A stretch of DNA of 35,715 nt from Octopus sinensis (Eukaryota): contig NW_021828064.1 of assembly GCF_006345805.1 (NCBI RefSeq), forward strand, positions 1-35,715, written 5' to 3'. The notes below the pieces were generated by a model. It searched no databases, was not told the DNA's origin, and saw only the letters and a program-made list of their open reading frames with translations. Of this stretch, positions 1-11,165 are shown piece after piece. A program made the position numbers and the translations under genes. The number at the start of each line of letters is the position of its first letter. The first letter of the stretch is position 1.

Positions 1-48
1 AGACTATGGGACGGGGCCAGGATTAGAGGGTTTAGGTATTGGGAAGGA

Positions 49-65
49 ATATATATATATATTAG

Positions 66-110
<45 letters not shown>
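49..110. repeat. (TA)n microsatellite
   Basis: Near-perfect AT dinucleotide run. Confidence 0.95.
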
Positions 111-111
<1 letters not shown>

Positions 112-412
112 CTTTAAATTGTTTCAGTCATTTGATTGCGGCGATGCTGGAGCACCGCCTTCAGTCGAGAAAATCAACCCCAGGACTTATTCTTTGGAAG
201 CCTAGTACTTATTCTGTCGGACACTTTTGCCGAACCGCTAAGTTACGGGAACGTAAACACACCAGCATCGGCTGTCAAGTGATGTTGGACACACACATAT
301 GTATATGCGACGGGTTTCTTTCCGTTTCCGTCTACCAAATCCACTCACAAGGCTTTGGTCAGCCCCAGGCTATAGTAGAAGACACTAACCGAAGGTGCCA
401 CGCAATGGGACC
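111..412 (-). mobile_element. tRNA-derived SINE, family A (octopus-type), 5'-truncated
   Basis: Reverse complement of the element at 1199-1607 (gtttcagtcatttga..., ctaccaaatccactcacaaggctttggtc); stops inside the tRNA head. Confidence 0.9.
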
Positions 413-618
413 AGTAGAAATTGTGTTCGATTGGAAGTACGACTGCTACTACCGTGTTTAGAGCTCCGCCTGGATTTTCATGATCTTGTCTGCTTTCTAT
501 ACTGTTGTTAGTTGACTTCTTTACAGATTGTTATTGCTAGTTATGAGTTACAGAGCAAATGTTGGAAATTACGATAAACAGAAATTTATATAATTGGGGA
601 AAAAATGTGTTTCTCTAG

Positions 619-819
619 GGCCTTATAGTCAACCTAGCTAAAACCAAAGTCCTAATAAGTAGGAAGGCAGGCAAACCACAAATCCCTTCAGTTAGATGGC
701 TCTGCTCGATCTGTAAAAACGACGTAGGTAGAAACTCTATAAGATGTACCCAGTGTAAGCTATGGACACATAAGAGGTGCAGCAATGTCAAAGGAAGGCT
801 AACTGGGAGGATAGCTTTT
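619..819 (+). mobile_element. LINE ORF2 fragment (RTE/RTE-X-like): end of RT plus Cys/His finger
   Basis: Open frame with no Met, so absent from the ORF track: GLIVNLAKTKVLIS...WLCSICKNDVGRNSIRCTQCKLWTHKRCSNVKGRL. GLxVNxxKTK is the non-LTR RT C-terminal motif, followed by a PHD-like CxxC..CxxC..HxxC. Confidence 0.8.
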
Positions 820-1198
820 TTTCACGCAGGAATATGGAAAAATTAGTTGATGAAATTGCACCTGAATATGAAAAACTTGTAATTGCTTTTAAATAAATTT
901 CTTTAGATACATACAAACTAGTTTCACAACTCAACCATACAAACACAAGTTGCTGACGTCATCTAACTCTAGACCAATGAAATTTTACCTCCGATCAAAA
1001 CCGAACTGCAGTAAATATAACAAAATGACCCTTTAAGTGAATCAACCAACTGGAACGGCTGATGACCGTTCCTAACAAGGAAGTCAAGCAGGCAGAACGA
1101 CAAACTTGAACACCAGAAAAATTAACGTCTTCAGTACGTTAACGAATCAAAAATCAGTTCCTTTCACGAAAAAAAATTATAAATATACTGAATATACA

Positions 1199-1607
1199 GG
1201 CGCAGGAGTGGCTGTGTGGTAAGTAGCTTCGATTACATGCTTCCGGGTTCAGTCCTACTGCGTGGCACCTTGGGCAAGTGTCTTCTACTATAGCCTCGGG
1301 CCGACCAAAGCCTTGTGAGTGGATTTGGTAGACAGAAACTGAAAGAAGCCCGTCGTATATATGTATATATATATGCGTGTGTGTGTTTGTGTGTCTGTGT
1401 TTGTCCCCTTAGCATTGCTTGACAACCGATGCTGGTGTGTTTATGTCCCCGTAACATTAGCGGTTCGGCAAAAGAGACTGATAGAATAAGTACTGGGCTT
1501 ACAAAAGAATAAGTCCCGGGGGTCAAGTTGCTCGATTAAAGGCGGTGCTCCAGCATGGCCGCAGTCAAATGACTGAAACAAGTAAAAGAGTAAAAGAGTA
1601 AAGAGTA
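1199..1607 (+). mobile_element. tRNA-derived SINE, family A, full length
   Basis: A box tggctgtgtggt, B box ggttcagtcc, central domain gggccgaccaaagccttgtgagtggatttggtagac, internal TA/TG tract, 3' tail (AGTAAAAG)n; many further copies in the window. Confidence 0.95.
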
Positions 1608-2063
1608 ATTCCAAAAAACGCCGTTACAAGCGAAAATCCCTGCACACGACGGGAAAATAATCACAGAAACTGTAACAAAACCCTTTTTTTTACTATCTTC
1701 ATTTCTCCCTTGCTTTTCTCTCTCTTAACTCAATGTGACCGAACCTTTGGTGATCTATTTTTCTTATCGGTTACTTCTAACACTTCAAATTTTGTGCATT
1801 TAAACAAGATGATCCACATTTTTTGTATTATTGAATGTTGTGAACATTTAATTCATATTTGATATTATTGAATTTTGTAAGCATTAGATCTTTTAAACAC
1901 GTTTTTTCTACTTCGTAATTTAAAATATTTCACCATTGATAAACAAAACATTGTTGAAACTAGTTTGGTGTGTATGCAAATTAATTTATTTAAAAACAAT
2001 TACAAGTTTTTCAAATTTAGGTGCATTTTCAACAACAAATTTATACACACAAACACACATATA

Positions 2064-2591
2064 TCTCTTATATAAAATCCGTTCTGTCTGTCTGTGTCTT
2101 CTCGGATCTCGGACATTCTCCATCCGATTGCGCTCATACTTGATATGTAGATACCGACGGTATCAGGGCGTGTATAAAATCGATTCCAGGTGAGAATGCG
2201 ACCGATAAAGCCGTTTTTGTTCTGCATTTCTTCCGTCAACATGTACATACCCACACCTTCCTTTTTTTTTGTACTTCTTAAAGGCACTTTTCTTTCCTGT
2301 CAAGCTTACTGTTTAAACCATGTTTGTGTTCTCCCAGTCAACAGCCTTATCATTACTGGTACTTTAAACTCTTCGGTTGCATGTTTGTGTGAATAAAATC
2401 GTTTTTCTTTGGAATAGAAAAAAGTCTATCTGTATTTTTTCCTTTTGCTGGTGTCTCAAATTAAGGTTAAATCAGTGTTTCTCAAAGGACTTGTCCGACC
2501 TATGGGACGGTCGGACAAGTTGTTTTGAGAAAACTTGGTTTAAATGTTTGACAACTCAGCACCGTTCATTGGACGGGGGGCATTTTGCTCG
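2064..2591 (+). mobile_element. Non-autonomous Helitron-like element
   Basis: 5' A|TC then tcttatataaaa and a (TCTG)n tract; 3' hairpin ccgttc-att-ggacgg (2562-2576) about 11 nt before CTCG|T (CTAG with one change); inserted between A and T with no TSD. Confidence 0.6.
2473..2537. mobile_element. 65-bp hAT-type mini-MITE (near-complete palindrome)
   Basis: TIRs cagtgtttctcaaa / tttgagaaaacttg; 8-bp TSD ggttaaat / gtttaaat (7/8); internal perfect 12-bp inverted repeat 2489-2500 / 2509-2520. Confidence 0.65.
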
Positions 2592-3185
2592 TATATATAT
2601 ATAATGAAGAAGTAAATGGTATAGTTATCCACTTTCTACTGCACCGCTAATTAGCGCTCAAATGGAGCTTCAGGAATATAAAATTAAGAAACTAAGAAAC
2701 AAATTCAAAGGTCGGTATTCATATTCATACAATCCATTTGAAATTGTCGAAATTCACGACAATATACATAGATGCGTTCACATATATGAGACTTAATAAA
2801 AATTCATAAGAATAATATATATCAGTTCGCCTTATCAGTACCACATATGCCACAAGATGTGCAAATTTCAAGAAACATTTCAAGGTATATCAAGACCAAA
2901 CATCACAGGCAGTTCCATTTGCACCAAAACTTGTGAGCAATTTGCGCAGACGTCTTTTCAAAAGCATGTTTCGTCTAAAAAGAGACGTAAGATCTCATAC
3001 AAGAACCTAGCATCGCGTACACTGAGATAATCAAGATTTGTATTGAGCAGATAACAATCATATTTATATTTATGTCTATATATTACTGTAATCAAAGCTG
3101 TACAAATAAAGATAAAATCTACTCCATGTATTGAGTAATTTCTTCTTTCTTCGGTAAATTCAATCACACTCACAAGCACACACAC

Positions 3186-3349
3186 ATGTATGTATGTATG
3201 TGTTTGTGTATGTATGTATGTATGTATGTATGTATGTATGTATGTATGTATGTATGTATGTATGATGTATGTATGTATGTATGATGTATGTATGTAGGTA
3301 TGTATGTATGATGTATGTATGTAGGTATTATGTAGGTATGTGTGTATGT
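3186..3349. repeat. (TATG)n microsatellite
   Basis: Direct reading. Confidence 0.95.
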
Positions 3350-3629
3350 AAGTCCGTATGAATATAATGTAAATAAATCTTTCTGTCTCTGTCTACATAC
3401 ATGCATATATATATATGCATGTATGTTTATATTATATGTATATGTATATATATATCTAAATCTAACTATGTATCTATCTACCTATCTATCTAATTATCTA
3501 TCCATCTACATACATACATACACACACGTATATATATATATTTATACACACATCTGCGTGTTTGTGAATGTGTCCTTGCGCGGGTATCTATACAAATGAT
3601 TATCGACACACATACGCGAACACGCACGT

Positions 3630-3633
<4 letters not shown>

Positions 3634-3683
<50 letters not shown>
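3634..3683. repeat. (CA)n microsatellite
   Basis: Direct reading. Confidence 0.95.
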
Positions 3684-3686
<3 letters not shown>

Positions 3687-4074
3687 TCGTGTTTTCGTTC
3701 GACAGCATGTAATAACGAAATCAGCAATCGCAAAAACAAAGAACAACAACAACAACTACAACTATTATACGCAATCACCAATAACAAATGGCGTCAATTT
3801 ATTTTGCTGTCTCAGCCGAGGACTTATTATTACAATTGTATGATGCGTGTGGTGGTGGTGGGGGTGGTGGTGGGAGGTAGAGGGTAGGCGGGTTGGATGG
3901 AGGTGTTGCGGATGGCGGAGATGGTGGGGTGAAGAGGGGGGGGAGGGGTAGAGGAAGGAGATCCTTGCAAAACAGGATGAGTGCAGCTATGCACAGTGAA
4001 TAGCTTTGTATGTAATGTAAGACGGGCGTTTAATAAACTAAAGAGAACAGCCCCATCACCGTCGCCACCACATA

Positions 4075-4339
4075 CGTGCGCGCGCACGCGTGTGCATGTG
4101 TGTATGTTTGTATGCGCGCGCGTGTGTGTATGCATGTAGATGCGATTATATATATAGATATATATTAAGTATATGCATGCATATATATATATATGTATAC
4201 ATGTACATGCGTAAATATAAACATATACACACACATATATATAGAAATACAATGTGACACACACACACATATATGTATATATACATATATATATATATGT
4301 GTGTATGTATGTATCTATATATGTATATATATACACACA

Positions 4340-4387
<48 letters not shown>

Positions 4388-4397
4388 ATATATATAT

Positions 4398-4452
<55 letters not shown>

Positions 4453-4577
4453 TATATATATGTATATATCTATCTATATATATATGCATATATTTGTGTG
4501 TGTGGTGTTGCGTGTCTGTATATAGATACATATATATATATATATATATGTGTGTGTATCTATATATATGTATCTAT

Positions 4578-4608
<31 letters not shown>

Positions 4609-4618
4609 TATATATATC
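4075..4618. repeat. Compound CG/TG/TA/CT/CA microsatellite block
   Basis: Direct reading; explains the YI/HT-rich ORFs. Confidence 0.9.
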
Positions 4619-5195
4619 AATGATGGCAAACAATCAATACTGAGAATTTTCACAATTATATTTATGCTAATAAAACTAATAAAATGACAAAAAAAAATAT
4701 TTAAAAAAAATAACAGAAACTCACGCATATACAGAAAATATATACAATACAAATAAGCGTATGGAGAGGAAGAGAGAGAGAGAGAGAGAGAGAGAGGAGA
4801 CGAAAGAGAGAGAGGGGGGGAGGGAAACATAAAAACGACATAAAGAAAGCATAAACAAAATATCAAAATAACAAAATAAATTGATCAAGAGTCAAACAAA
4901 TATGAACGAAAAACTATATTGACAAACTTAAAACATAAACATGACACAAAATGTCAGCTTTCTTGATTAAATAAACTAATTTTGCGTTCAACATTGGATA
5001 AATAACAGTTGCTGTCGTTGATATTGCTATTGTTGTTGGTGGTGGTGTTGGTGTTCGAGGTGGTGGTTGTGGCGGTGTTTTTTTTTTATTGTGTTGTTTG
5101 TGCTAACGTTCCATGTTATGTTTCAATGCAGTTTCTATCTAAACATTTTATCAGCTGAAAAATTAACATATCACCCACCAACCAGACAATTATTG

Positions 5196-5216
5196 TTCAC
5201 ATATACATATACAAAC

Positions 5217-5249
<33 letters not shown>

Positions 5250-5344
5250 GATATATATATATATATATAATATATACATATATATATATATATTTATAAT
5301 ATATAATATATACATATATATATATATATAATATATATATATGA

Positions 5345-5396
<52 letters not shown>

Positions 5397-5651
5397 ACAC
5401 AGATACATACATATATACATATATAAACATGTATGAATATACATGAATATAAAACATACATACGTACTTTATGTGCGAATGTGTGTGTATTTATGTATGT
5501 TTATATATGTGTGTGTGTGTTGTGGACATATATATCGGACATATATGCGTAAATAAATGCATACACGCATGTATGTATCTTTACTTATTATATGTACATA
5601 CTTATTCTATATACATACATGCATACATATATACATACATATTTAATTCAT

Positions 5652-5682
<31 letters not shown>

Positions 5683-5935
5683 CATACATTCATACATACG
5701 TACAGACATACATACTTACATATATACGTACGTACATACGTAGATACATGCGTACGTACGTACATACATCCATATATACATACGTACATACACACATACA
5801 TATTACATACATACATACTCGCGTACATACATACATACATACATACATACATACATACATACATGCATACATACATGCATACATACATACATACATACAT
5901 ACATACATACATAGACATACATACATAGACATACA
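5196..5935. repeat. Compound (TA)n/(TACA)n block
   Basis: Direct reading. Confidence 0.9.
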
Positions 5936-6323
5936 ATCACGCGCAGAAATACATACAAACAAACAAGAAAGAGATCGAGAGCGAGAGAGAGAGAGAGAGG
6001 GAGAAGAAAAAATATGGAGTCAGGATGAGACGGGTGAGACAGGGGTGGATATTAAAATTTACAGATTTGTCAATAAAACATGATTGAAATGCATGGCGTG
6101 GCGTTGCGCTGCATACTTGCAGCAAGTAAAGTGAAACGGCAAGACATGCACCCATCGTCACTCGGTGCATCACCTTTCCTGAATGTAAGTCTTGTAACGC
6201 ATAAATTGGCAAACACGTCTGCGCGATCACATGATTATATGCGCGCGTATCCGTATAAGGCTCGCTCAGTCATAAGCATGCGCACAAATACAGACACTAT
6301 CTCTCGTTCACACACCATATAAT

Positions 6324-6343
6324 ATGTATGTATGTGGTATATA

Positions 6344-6403
<60 letters not shown>

Positions 6404-6600
6404 CATAAACATGCGTATATATAAGCATATATATATGTATATACATACGTATATAAATGTATATATACATATGTGTATGTACATATATATATGCATATAC
6501 ATATGTGTGTGTGTGTGTTTATATATATATATATATATTATATGCACAAACACTTGTATATAAAAATACATATATACATTTGTATATCTATTATCTATAT
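6324..6600. repeat. (TA)n-based compound microsatellite
   Basis: Direct reading. Confidence 0.9.
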
Positions 6601-6797
6601 AACCATATACGCGTAGTGTGTATTCACAGACAAACACTGGCTTGTACCCATGTATCATAATTTTTACAATCATAACACCTCAATGCTATCTATATTTTGA
6701 TGAAAATTGCTCATATATAAACAGGAAACTTTTATTTTACAAAATTTAGATAAAGTTCTTTTTTAATGTAAAATATACTCTTCTTCATTTTCTATAA

Positions 6798-6826
6798 TGT
6801 CCGGCATGCTAACAATTTTGCTAGCC
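6798..6826 (-). mobile_element. Isolated 5' head of SINE family B
   Basis: tgtccggcatgctaacaattttgctagcc aligns to cgcccggcgtgctaacgttcctgccagct at the head of the full copy (about 11627-11655). Confidence 0.55.
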
Positions 6827-6831
6827 GAAGA

Positions 6832-6909
6832 TTGGACTCGAACTCAGAGCGCTGAGAGCTGTAATAATAACAGTGAAGCACTCTGTCTGATGGTCTGCCA
6901 ACTCTGCCA
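6832..6909 (-). mobile_element. tRNA-like SINE head (A and B boxes), body absent
   Basis: Minus strand reads tggcagagttgg (A box) ... gagttcgagtcc (B box). Confidence 0.6.
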
Positions 6910-6925
6910 TGCAACAAACTAAAAT

Positions 6926-7104
6926 GTTGGTTTCAAATTTTGGCACAAGGCCAGTGAGTTCGGCGGTGGGAGTAAGTCGATTACATCGACCGCCCAGTGC
7001 TCAATAAGTACTTATTTTATCGACTCCGAAAGAATGAAAAGCAAAGTCGACCTCGGCGGGAATTGAAATCAGAACGTGAAGACGAGATGCCGCTAAGCGT
7101 TTTG
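6926..7104 (-). mobile_element. tRNA-derived SINE family B (CORE-like), lacking its first ~30 nt
   Basis: Contains gcaaagtcgacctcggcgg..gaaatcagaacg, shared with 11254-11658, 17654-17828 and 29411-29570. Confidence 0.9.
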
Positions 7105-8349
7105 GAAACAATCTAAAATATTACAATCTGTTAGTACAAATATACGTACAAAAAATTGCTCACGGTATGTCAGCATTTACGTGGAGAGGTCACATTTACC
7201 TCCTTCCAATTTACCTCCTTCCCCAGCTCACATAACCCACACCTGACGTGTCGTACATTATTCAATGACCATGTTACCTTTACGAAACGTATTTGTTAAA
7301 TATCTGAATGAAAATTCTGTTAGAAAATGAAAGGAATATCAAACGTTCGTCTGCCTATCAACTATTTACAACGAGTGGATGACAACAAAAACATAGCAGC
7401 GGTGCGTCACCCTGGTATTCAATCGCAGTAACACCAAACATGGCTAAAACTACGAGTTTTTCAGCCTATACAGCAAAATATAATTAACCAAACAGTTGAT
7501 CTGAAAGAAGATAAATTTGATATACGCTACTCGTATAACGCAGTTTATACATGTTATATTTCTGGTTACATTATTTATTCCAGTGCTGTCACAAAATTGT
7601 ATTTACATGCACAGAATCATACATTTTTCACTACCAGACCGCTTTAAAGTGTCTGTCAATAAGCGTATGATGAAGTATTCGAAATTTGCTTTTTCAACAA
7701 AATATACTTGTAAAATAGGAATGTATACAGATTCACTCATATATTTCTGTATGAGAGTGAATATAAGTATATATATGACAACAACATCAATGATGATGAT
7801 GATGATGATGATGATAAATTTTGCTGAAATCTGAAACTTCCCAGTCTGTGATGATACCGGGTTTCACGCCTTAGCGATCCGATTCCGAAGCAATAGACGA
7901 AGCGAAGCAATCAAATTTACAATTGTATAGGAAAGAAAACGTAAAAGAAAAAAAAAAGTAATAATAACATATATTTAATAAAAATGTAAATTGAATAAGA
8001 ATCGAATAAAAGACGTTGAACATTCTCATGAATAGAAGTAAATTGTGCAATAGTATTATTGAAGGCAGTTCAAAGTGCAGCATCTACGGCATTTGGGAAT
8101 AGTTTGACGGCGAATTTTTGATTTATCGCTGAAAGTATATTGAATGCTGTGTGTACGTTAACAACAGAAATTACATTGTTACGAGGCAGTCCGGGGTTCA
8201 AGCATGAGACATTGTAAAATATCTCAGCAAATATGGTGATTTATGGCTGTATATATGGCTGTACATTAATTCTGAACTGGTGATTACGATAAGATTCTTA
8301 TGGAAGAAAATAGTCATCTTTCCAGAAAGACAAAGATCACACCTATCAG

Positions 8350-8352
8350 TGT

Positions 8353-8425
<73 letters not shown>

Positions 8426-8517
8426 TGTGTGCGTATGAGTGTGTGAGAGCGAGAGCGAGAGTGTGTGTGTGTGAGAGAGAGAGAAAGAGTGTGTGTGTGT
8501 GTTGAGAGAGAGAGAGA

Positions 8518-8548
<31 letters not shown>

Positions 8549-8638
8549 TGTGGTGTGAGAGAGAGAGAATGTGTGTGTGAGAGAGAGAGTGCGTGTGTGA
8601 GAGAGAGCGAGAGTGTGTGTGTGTGTGAGAGAGAAAGA

Positions 8639-8669
<31 letters not shown>

Positions 8670-9210
8670 TGTGTGAGAGAGAGAGTGTGTGTGTGTGTGT
8701 GAGAGAGAGAGTGTGAGTGTGTGAGAGAGAGAGTGTGTGTGTGAGTGTGTGAGAGAGAGAAAGAGTGTGTGTGTGTGAGAGAGAGAGTGTGTGTGTGAGA
8801 GAGAGTGTGTGTGTGTGAGTGTGTGTGAGAGTCTGTGTGTATGTGAGAGAGAGAGAGAGAGTGTGTGTGTGTGTGAGAGAGAGAGTATGTGTGTGTGAGT
8901 GTGTGAGAGAGAGAGAGCGAGAGTGTGTGTGGTGTGAGAGAGAGTGTGTGTGTGAGTGTGTGTGAGAGTCTGTGTGTATGTGAGAGAGAGAGAGAGAGTG
9001 TGTGTGTGTGTGAGAGAGAGAGTATGTGTGTGTGAGTGTGTGAGAGAGAGAGAGCGAGAGTGTGTGTGTGTGTGAGAGAGAGAGTGTGTGTGTGAGAGAG
9101 AGAGAGAGTGTGTATGTGAGAGAGAGTTATGTGTGTGAGAGAGAGAGTTATGTGTGTGTGTGAGAGAGAGAGAGAGTGCGTGTGTGTGTGTGTGCGCGCG
9201 CGCGAGCGCG
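8350..9210. repeat. About 860-bp alternating (GT)n/(GA)n array ending in (CG)n
   Basis: Direct reading; contains an internal 137-bp duplication. Confidence 0.95.
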
Positions 9211-9479
9211 AATATATAAGTTGGAGGAGGGCTCATTAGTCGGTTCGGGACACACAAGGAAATTGATAATCAGTAATATCAGATAATTATATATAGGCTT
9301 CCACGAAGTAAAAGGGGACAGTCTAGTGGCGACAGGTAGTTAGCGATCTCTGGGTTTTTTGGAACTCAGTCACGTTAGCGGCATCAGACACTGCATGAAG
9401 GGAACCGGTATTGTGGTGCCTGTACCAAAAAATTGCACTTCATAAGAACACTTAGTTTAATTTATTATTCTTGTGCTAT

Positions 9480-9526
9480 GCCGTGCTGACGAGCCCAGAT
9501 AAGAATGAAACGGCACCATACATGGC
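9480..9526 (+). ncRNA. Decayed minimal type-I hammerhead ribozyme motif (Penelope-like element type)
   Basis: Stem I gccgtg/catggc; CTGACGA 9486-9492; stem II gccc..gaat (broken); GAAA 9507-9510; stem III cgg-ca-cca; NUH = ATA. Confidence 0.5.
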
Positions 9527-9782
9527 TAACAACGACTAGAAGCTTTAAGAACTTTATATTATATAGAAGAAAAAATATTAAATGTATATTGCTCTTTGAT
9601 GTAAATTTCTCAACTTAATTTCATTTAGCTTGACCGAGAAGAGATTATCTCCTTTGGTAAATTCAGCCGAAGTACATACCACGGGTTTCAAGTAAAATTC
9701 GTTGGACTATTTGAGTTACGACTAAAATGTCCTTTTCGGTATGTGAACGGTCAAGATTTCGAATTTCATTAATAGGATAAAT

Positions 9783-10118
9783 TTTACTCTTTTACTTGTT
9801 TCAGTCATTTGACTGTGGCCATGCTGGAGCACCGCCTTTTAGTCGAGCAAATCGACCCCAGGACTTATTCTTTGTAAGCATAGTACTTATTCTATCGACC
9901 TCTTTTGCCGAACCGCTAAGTTACGGGGACGTAAACACACCAGCATCGGTTGTCAAGCGATGTTGGGGGACAAACACAGACACACACATATATACATATA
10001 TACGACGGGCTTCTTTCAGTTTCCGTGTACCAAATCCACTCACAAGGCTTTGGTCGGCCCGAGGCTATAGTAGAAGACGCTTGCCCAAGGTGCCACGCAG
10101 TGGGACTGAACCCGGAAC
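9783..10118 (-). mobile_element. SINE family A, slightly 5'-truncated
   Basis: Reverse complement of 1199-1607, from the tail ttactcttttacttg to the B box gggactgaacccgg. Confidence 0.95.
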
Positions 10119-11165
10119 GCCTTCACATGTGTAACAAATGCATATCTATGCATATATACATATATATATATATGTAGATATACTCACATATGTATACACA
10201 CAGACACACATATGCACTCAAATATATGTATGCATGTATGTATGTATGTGTGTATATATGCATGTATGTTAGTGTGTGTGTATGTGTGTGTATTTGTGCG
10301 TGTATGCACGTGTGTATGTGTGCGTGTGTGTATTTGACTTGAACTAAAGTATACCACGTTGAAAGGCTAGACATTTCATAAGAGCTTTACATACATACAT
10401 TCATACATACATATATGCATACATATATACATACATACATATGCACAGAATACACACATATATACATAAACACACACACAACAGGATACAGAAAAGGGTT
10501 TTTTCATTGGATAATTAATTGCGCGTTGTGCTTGCAGCTGTTTCGACAGGGAAAGGACAGGCAGCTGTCCGCTCTTCTCGTAGCTATGGCGCAAGAGGGT
10601 AAGCGGTAATATAGCAGACAAGACTGGAAGGACTGAGAGGACAGAACTCTTCGTCTTGGGCCAAGCCCTTCATCGACATTCTCAAGTACCACTTGAAAAA
10701 GAAAGTGGAGTGAGAAGAGGAAATGTAGCTTTTTTAAGTAAATCAGCTGAAACGTGGAGAAGAGTTGCGAGTAAGGCCTGGCTGAAGGGTCATACAGTCA
10801 ACAAGCGACTGTTGGTTAGTGACCTCAGCTGGTGACGATAAGTATCAGGCTTTTCGTAGTCCGGTTGTTCTGGAAATCACGGGGAGTTCTTGGTTGACGG
10901 TGGGTGGGAGGTTCTTCAACCGCCTTTTTGAGGAGACAACGTTTGAAATACAAAATGCAGGCATAACTCACCTTGGAACAGGCTGGTAACTTATTCCAAG
11001 ATATGTAACTTGACTCAAAAGACGACGGAACACGAAAAAAACATAACTTTTAATAAATCGACTGAAGATAAGTTTTACGACTGAAAATATAATGATGAGA
11101 AGTGGAAAGAGACGTGACTCGATATATCGTAAGTTGAGGTATGTCGTACTTTTACCTTCCATCAT

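Noticed and set aside
132-461. ORFs overlapping SINE A (also 1233-1526, 9796-10134, 23025-23395, 28299-28958)
   Set aside because: They recur only because the SINE recurs; SINEs are non-coding
1062-1082. Hairpin ggaacgg-CTGATGA-ccgttcc with a hammerhead or box C motif as its loop
   Set aside because: No downstream GAAA/stem III or paired box D architecture; a 7-bp stem can arise by chance
3830-3980. Pro/Thr-rich minus-strand frame GSPSSTPPPPLHP...
   Set aside because: Low-complexity G-rich DNA with a weak AAG acceptor and no recognisable homology
3170-6673. Dozens of ORFs rich in YI, HT, CV and MYV (also at 8346-9257, 18784-19742, 23548-26332, 30758-31310)
   Set aside because: They are translations of microsatellites, which lack stop codons by construction
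7324-7414. Possible exon KMKGISNVRLPINYLQRVDDNKNIAAVRHP
   Set aside because: Poor polypyrimidine tract, weak donor and no recognisable protein
10530-10590. Minus-strand hammerhead-like piece (ctacga...gtcGAAACagctGCA)
   Set aside because: The core lacks G5, and stem I cannot be drawn in a consistent register
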